DNA of 18,833 bases, from UHGV virus genome UHGV-0152950. The stretch is one strand, 5' to 3'. Under the pieces are notes generated by a model. That model searched no databases. It worked only from the letters and a program-made list of their open reading frames with translations, and was not told the DNA's origin. This document shows, in pieces, positions 14,751 through 18,833 of this stretch; within the stretch, counting starts at the first letter, position 1; each line of letters opens with the position of its first letter. This stretch comes from a virus. A program made the translations under genes and the position numbers.

Positions 14751-15258
14751 GAACGACGATGAGGACGGGCATGACATTGATTATCTTGAGCCATCTGAAG
14801 TTTACTCGCTTGGGCGAACAGCTGGCTGGAACGCCTGCCGTGCTGCCATGCTTCATGGTGCCGAACCTGTAAGCCAAACTTACAAGTTGCCTCCCCTGTC
14901 ATCCAACGAAGTAAACGACGCGGCATGGAAATTACACAACATGCTGACTGAACACGGCCCGCTAAATGGGCGTCAGTTCAACAATCTGAAAGGTTGCTTC
15001 TATGAGGCATTAAAGGTCGCAATGCGCAACTATCCGGTAATTCCGGATAGTTGGATAAGCTGTAGTGAGCGAATGCCGGATACCAAAACAGCCGTTCTTG
15101 TTGCCAGGGAGTTTGACAGGAAAGGTGACTGGCGAATGAAATGGGCGACTTACATCCCGGGGCATCCTGACGCTAATGATGGGTGGGTAATACCTGGTGC
15201 GTCGTGGATACCATCACACTGGATGCCGCTACCAGAACCGCCGCAGGAGGCAAAATGA
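14707..15258 (+). CDS. DUF551-like protein, C-terminal part (frame +1)
   Basis: C-terminal WISCSERMPD...W...HWMPLPEPPQ resembles the DUF551 signature (tentative, from memory). The ORF opens at 14668; ATG 14707 limits the overlap. Confidence 0.6.
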   Translation: MPPPPVPVVPAALPENDDEDGHDIDYLEPSEVYSLGRTAGWNACRAAMLHGAEPVSQTYKLPPLSSNEVNDAAWKLHNMLTEHGPLNGRQFNNLKGCFYEALKVAMRNYPVIPDSWISCSERMPDTKTAVLVAREFDRKGDWRMKWATYIPGHPDANDGWVIPGASWIPSHWMPLPEPPQEAK

Positions 15259-15515
15259 TGGATGTAAAAGAGAAGGTTTTGCAGGTGATACGTTCCCGTG
15301 CGGCCCTGCAAGAGAAAGCTCTCGGCGGGGAATATCCATTCACGATAGCAACCTGGAATCTGCGGTTGGCAATGGAGAAGGAATTTCCTGATGAAGAATG
15401 GCGCTCGGCAGATTTGCGCAAAATTCTTATGGAGATGGCTAAAGACGGAACAGTATCCAAAGATACCCATGCCAGCCGGATTGGTCAGGCGGTATGGAGA
15501 CTGGAGGTGAGGTAA
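15255..15515 (+). CDS. Hypothetical protein (86 aa)
   Basis: SD AGGAGG 6 nt before ATG 15255; overlaps the upstream stop. Confidence 0.65.
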   Translation: MMDVKEKVLQVIRSRAALQEKALGGEYPFTIATWNLRLAMEKEFPDEEWRSADLRKILMEMAKDGTVSKDTHASRIGQAVWRLEVR

Positions 15516-15552
15516 TGGCTAACCTGCAACTTGCCGTCAAAGGTGAAAAGAT

Positions 15553-15774
15553 TTGAGGATTCGCATCATTAATAACACCGACAAGCATCCGGAAGATTAT
15601 TTGGATTGCTCGTTAGCAGAGTGCGGTATTTCCGTATGGGATGAGTTCGATGTGATGCGTAAAACCGCTTACGGCTATGTCGTAATTCATAACGGAGAAG
15701 AATTATTTGTTCGTCGGTCAGAATGCGTGGAATTGATAGAAGAGAATCTCCGCACATCGGCAACACACAGCTAA
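15553..15774 (+). CDS. Hypothetical protein, putative TTG start
   Basis: AGGTGA SD-like about 5 nt before TTG 15553. No in-frame ATG near the 5' end, so the start is uncertain. Confidence 0.35.
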   Translation: MRIRIINNTDKHPEDYLDCSLAECGISVWDEFDVMRKTAYGYVVIHNGEELFVRRSECVELIEENLRTSATHS

Positions 15775-15800
15775 ATATGTTCGCAATAAAGGTTAAATCA

Positions 15801-16217
15801 ATGGCTAAATTTCAAAGAGCTATTATTTTTCTGGCTATGTTATCAGCCAGTCATTTATCCCACGCGTCAGTTGTTGCCGCTGGAGCGGCGGCAACAGCAG
15901 CGACCACGGCGGCAGTAAATGCTTCTATCGCTAGCGAGCAAGCGCGGCGTACTGCAATCAATGCATCTGCCAATACCACCATGGTATCAGCAACACAAGA
16001 AAAGCCGAATATCGGCTTTGTTACTTGTGGCAAGCGATATGGTGAAATGGTTGGCTCTCTTGGTTGCGTAATGTGGCAAGACGACGACCGTACAGAAATT
16101 CCGTGGAACTCATGGCCTGGCTACATTCTTGGTAAGAAGCTGCCCACCAGCTATGAAGTAAATGCTATTTCGTTCGACCAATATAACAGTGTTGCAACGG
16201 TATATTTCTCTTATTAA
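15801..16217 (+). CDS. Hypothetical secreted protein (signal peptide), Ala/Thr-rich N-terminal region
   Basis: Internal ATG 15801 gives MAKFQRAIIFLAMLSASHLSHA, then Ala/Thr-rich low complexity. The longer track ORF start overlaps the upstream gene. Confidence 0.6.
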   Translation: MAKFQRAIIFLAMLSASHLSHASVVAAGAAATAATTAAVNASIASEQARRTAINASANTTMVSATQEKPNIGFVTCGKRYGEMVGSLGCVMWQDDDRTEIPWNSWPGYILGKKLPTSYEVNAISFDQYNSVATVYFSY

Positions 16218-16229
16218 CACGGAGTAATT

Positions 16230-16523
16230 ATGTGGCGAGGTAATAATCATGGCGGAAGCCAGATGATACTTACCGAATATACATTCGACCACAAAACCAA
16301 TAAATCACGTTCAGTATATTTGCTTCGGCACAATAGCCGCGTAAGGAATACCGTGCTGGAGCAAAATCTGACCGTTGAAATGGATAATTACGGGGGCTTC
16401 AAGCCAACAATTTCGCTTGATGATTTTCCTCGTGGTTTAAGCGAAAGAGAAGCAATGCTGAAATTAGCAGAATGGCTACAAAGATTAAGCATTGCTATTG
16501 AAGATAACTGGTCTGAACCTTAA
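16230..16523 (+). CDS. Hypothetical protein
   Basis: SD GGAG 7 nt before ATG 16230; 97 aa. Confidence 0.6.
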   Translation: MWRGNNHGGSQMILTEYTFDHKTNKSRSVYLLRHNSRVRNTVLEQNLTVEMDNYGGFKPTISLDDFPRGLSEREAMLKLAEWLQRLSIAIEDNWSEP

Positions 16524-16529
16524 GTTTAT

Positions 16530-16904
16530 ATGATGACACTAAAACATTTTCTTGACCGCCCATTATGGGCGGCAGCCGCAGGCTATGACTTTAATTATAT
16601 GGATTGCATGTCTTATACCGCCAATGCATACGACCATTCGTTCAGTCTGCTGTTTAATTCTTTAAGAATATTGCCGCAAACAGAAGTTGGAGAGCTTCAT
16701 TTATGGCTATTGGGCTTTATCGCGGCTGTAGTTGGTATTGCTGTATGGCCTTTTATTTTCTGGCTGGTGGCTGTTGTCGTGTGGTTTAAGTGCAAGGCAT
16801 ACCGGAAAAAGTATTTCTTAGGTGATGGAATGACTGATATTGCCAAAATGAACATTGAAAAATGGACTAAGGAATGTGAAAAGAAATGGCGCAAAAAGAA
16901 ATGA
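16530..16904 (+). CDS. Hypothetical membrane protein
   Basis: 124 aa. Hydrophobic helix LHLWLLGFIAAVVGIAVWPFIFWLVAVVVWF followed by a Lys-rich tail. Confidence 0.6.
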   Translation: MMTLKHFLDRPLWAAAAGYDFNYMDCMSYTANAYDHSFSLLFNSLRILPQTEVGELHLWLLGFIAAVVGIAVWPFIFWLVAVVVWFKCKAYRKKYFLGDGMTDIAKMNIEKWTKECEKKWRKKK

Positions 16905-17659
16905 CAAGAATCACTAAAGAACGCATATCAGAGATTATCGCCCGTATCGAAATGTATGGTCACGGTGCTGGATATACGGCAGATGAAGTATTGGCACTTG
17001 CCCAAATGGCTTTGGCGGCTTGCAAAGATGATAAAAAAATGAAGCTTATCGACTTGTTAGTGAAGGAGCTGCCTAAGTGCGGCGGGTGGCCTGATGGTAT
17101 GATCGATTGTCGCCTGCTCAGTGCCAATTTAATGGCGCCATGCGCGACTTTTGCTTTTGGCTCAGACCACAAAAAAGACACGTTCTTTGGGCGCAATTTT
17201 TGTTGTGAGATTGAGCTTCCAATTGGTGACCTTGATAGCGATGAATACCTGTCAGTTGTCACTCGCGAACAATACGAATCAGCTCTCATAGCGTCGCAGA
17301 AAGTCGAGTTCAATGGTGATGAACTTGAAAGTAAGACTTACAGGTTGGATTTTGGGCAATGGCTGGAACAGCAACGCGGGAAAATCGATGTGGACTGTGG
17401 TTGTGTGTCCACTGAAACATTCATGCACTGGCTGCGGGTAGCTTACGAGGCTGGCAACCATCCGGATTTTCCGGATAGTTCCCAACAATCGCCCAAGAAA
17501 AGCGTAAAAACCACTCTGGAAAGAGGCTATCTTGAGGCCGCATTAAAGATTAAGCCGGGCCATACGCTAGGCGTCATTGATGCCATGTTGGTTCATGAAA
17601 TGGCGAAGGCTTTATTGCCGCTGGTGGCTGATAAAATTCCGAATAAGGCCGATATCTGA
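16886..17659 (+). CDS. Hypothetical protein, Cys-containing
   Basis: 257 aa. The alternative ATG at 16901 overlaps the upstream stop (ATGA). Confidence 0.7.
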   Translation: MAQKEMTRITKERISEIIARIEMYGHGAGYTADEVLALAQMALAACKDDKKMKLIDLLVKELPKCGGWPDGMIDCRLLSANLMAPCATFAFGSDHKKDTFFGRNFCCEIELPIGDLDSDEYLSVVTREQYESALIASQKVEFNGDELESKTYRLDFGQWLEQQRGKIDVDCGCVSTETFMHWLRVAYEAGNHPDFPDSSQQSPKKSVKTTLERGYLEAALKIKPGHTLGVIDAMLVHEMAKALLPLVADKIPNKADI

Positions 17660-17670
17660 TCACCATGCTA

Positions 17671-17702
17671 AAATCCCCTCAATTCACAGAGGGGATTTTT
17701 GT
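17671..17702 (+). terminator. Rho-independent terminator ending the long plus-strand array
   Basis: aaatcccctc aattcaca gaggggattttt: GC stem followed by a T-run. Confidence 0.7.
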
Positions 17703-17704
17703 AT

Positions 17705-17971
17705 ATGTTGCATAGAGTTTTATGGAAAAGCGTTATTGTCGGCGCGATACTGGCTATATCTGGGTGTGCAATGGTGCAATACAACGACGGTGAAAAGGTA
17801 AGCATACAGTCAGATGGTTGGTATGGCCTGGATAGCCTGCAAAAAACCGCAGATAAAGCCTGTCAGCAATATGGGAAGTCTAAAGCAGTATATCAGCATA
17901 GCGCGAACGCTAACCCTCATCTAGCGCCCGGTTCTGGTGTTCAGAATACCATCTGGAAATGTGAGCCTTAA
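17705..17971 (+). CDS. Putative lipoprotein
   Basis: ATG 17705 (TTG at 17699 is in frame). N-terminus [21 protein letters not shown] has a lipobox-like ISGC. Confidence 0.65.
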   Translation: MLHRVLWKSVIVGAILAISGCAMVQYNDGEKVSIQSDGWYGLDSLQKTADKACQQYGKSKAVYQHSANANPHLAPGSGVQNTIWKCEP

Positions 17972-17973
17972 AT

Positions 17974-18225
17974 ATGAGCGACTGGAATATTGCAGCTAAA
18001 AGTCAGGAAGAACGGGATAAGGTTAACGTTGATCTGGCTGCCAGCGGTGTGGCGTACAAAGAGCGATTGAACATACCTGTCATAGCTGAACAGGTAGCCC
18101 GCGAGCAACCAGAGAATCTGCGCGCCTATTTCATGGAACGGCTACGGCACTACCGGCAGTTAAGCCTCCAGTTGCCAAAAGGGAGCGATCCGGTGTATCA
18201 GAACGAGGATGCACCAAAAAAATAA
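17974..18225 (+). CDS. Hypothetical protein (83 aa)
   Basis: ATG 3 nt after the upstream stop; weak SD. Confidence 0.6.
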   Translation: MSDWNIAAKSQEERDKVNVDLAASGVAYKERLNIPVIAEQVAREQPENLRAYFMERLRHYRQLSLQLPKGSDPVYQNEDAPKK

Positions 18226-18310
18226 CGGCAAGATGGGGGAGAAATGTGATTAGCCCCCAGCGTGGCGCGCCTACAAACCCCGCTTTCACAAACTATGCCT
18301 TTTCAATGTA

Positions 18311-18330
18311 TACTGTATGAATAAACAGTA
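18311..18330 (+). promoter_or_regulatory. LexA (SOS) box
   Basis: TACTGTATGAATAAACAGTA matches CTGT-N8-ACAG with flanking TA/TA, 19 nt upstream of the UmuD'-like gene start. Confidence 0.8.
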
Positions 18331-18348
18331 TCATTGAGGTAAAACGCT

Positions 18349-18738
18349 ATGGGCTTCCCTTCTCCTGCGGCGGATTATGCAGAGAGCCGCATTTCTCTTG
18401 ATCAGCAACTAATCAGACATCCTTCCGCGACCTACTTCATGCGGGCGGCAGACAGCCATCACCGTGAGGGAATATTGCAAGGTGCTTTGCTGGTGGTTGA
18501 TTCCTCACTTACTCCGGTTGATGGTTCACTGCTTATATGCGCTATGGAGGGTGAATATCGCATAAAGAGATACAGGAAGTATCCGCGCCAGCACCTGGAG
18601 GATTTAAGCACCGGGAAGAAAGAGGCGTTACCAGTAGATGACGATGGATGCACGGGCAGTAATGCTGTGTTTGGTGTGATCACTCATGTCATTAATGATG
18701 CCCGAAGTGGGGAGTTTGATTATAGACCTGTGATTTAA
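18349..18738 (+). CDS. humD: UmuD'-like S24 peptidase-family protein (HumD-like, lacks the cleavable N-terminal arm of UmuD)
   Basis: [33 protein letters not shown]... aligns from memory with E. coli UmuD beginning at the post-cleavage Gly25 ([33 protein letters not shown]). No umuC-like gene follows. Confidence 0.8.
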   Translation: [129 protein letters not shown]

Positions 18739-18749
18739 GGCGCATAAAG

Positions 18750-18777
18750 AAGCCCGCCAGACCTGGCGGGCTTTTTG
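18750..18777 (+). terminator. Rho-independent terminator
   Basis: agcccgccag acc tggcgggct followed by TTTTT. Confidence 0.7.
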
Positions 18778-18833
18778 TTGATATCATTCAATGATTTTTT
18801 CGGCTGTCAGCCAGCTAATTTCGTGCCTGTCTT

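Noticed and set aside
15150-15470. Minus-strand ORFs (106 and 95 aa) opposite the 15255-15515 gene
   Set aside because: Antisense to supported plus-strand CDSs; no signals.
18790-18833. Possible 3' end of a minus-strand gene entering from the right edge (stop near 18807)
   Set aside because: Only about 9 codons are visible, which is too little sequence to support a call.
1-18833. Searched for CRISPR repeats, rRNA/tRNA genes, integrase or transposase genes and IS terminal inverted repeats
   Set aside because: No regularly spaced short repeats, no tRNA cloverleaf signatures, and no recombinase or transposase motifs were recognised in any frame.

Overview
This window reads as a mosaic prophage or accessory region of an enterobacterial-type genome, analysed by eye from the sequence and ORF track only, with no database search. 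Left part (1-8087), mostly minus strand: the 3' end of a HigA-family antitoxin gene, a terminator-flanked AT-rich membrane/coiled-coil gene, a two-gene overlapping operon of unknown function (one product has a SWIM-like Cys/His motif), two Sec-signal proteins, then a P1 immI-like module (structured leader with complementary repeat motifs, Icd-like gene, Rha/Ant antirepressor) and a Ref-like HNH protein. Right part (8137-18738), all plus strand: two tightly packed, translationally coupled gene arrays, each behind a promoter overlapped by a 28-bp palindrome, encoding DUF4406-like, three ead/Ea22-like paralogs, a lambda-type Ser/Thr phosphatase, DUF968-like, DUF551-like (apparently frameshifted) and many small proteins. 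It ends with a lipoprotein gene and a LexA-box-controlled UmuD'-like (HumD-like) gene. No rRNA, tRNA, CRISPR array, integrase or transposase was found. The best candidates for an undescribed system are the AT-rich gene at 609-1337 and the operon at 1371-2886; the immI-like leader and the paired operator-like palindromes are the most interesting regulatory signals. Family names are from motif recall and need HMM/BLAST confirmation.
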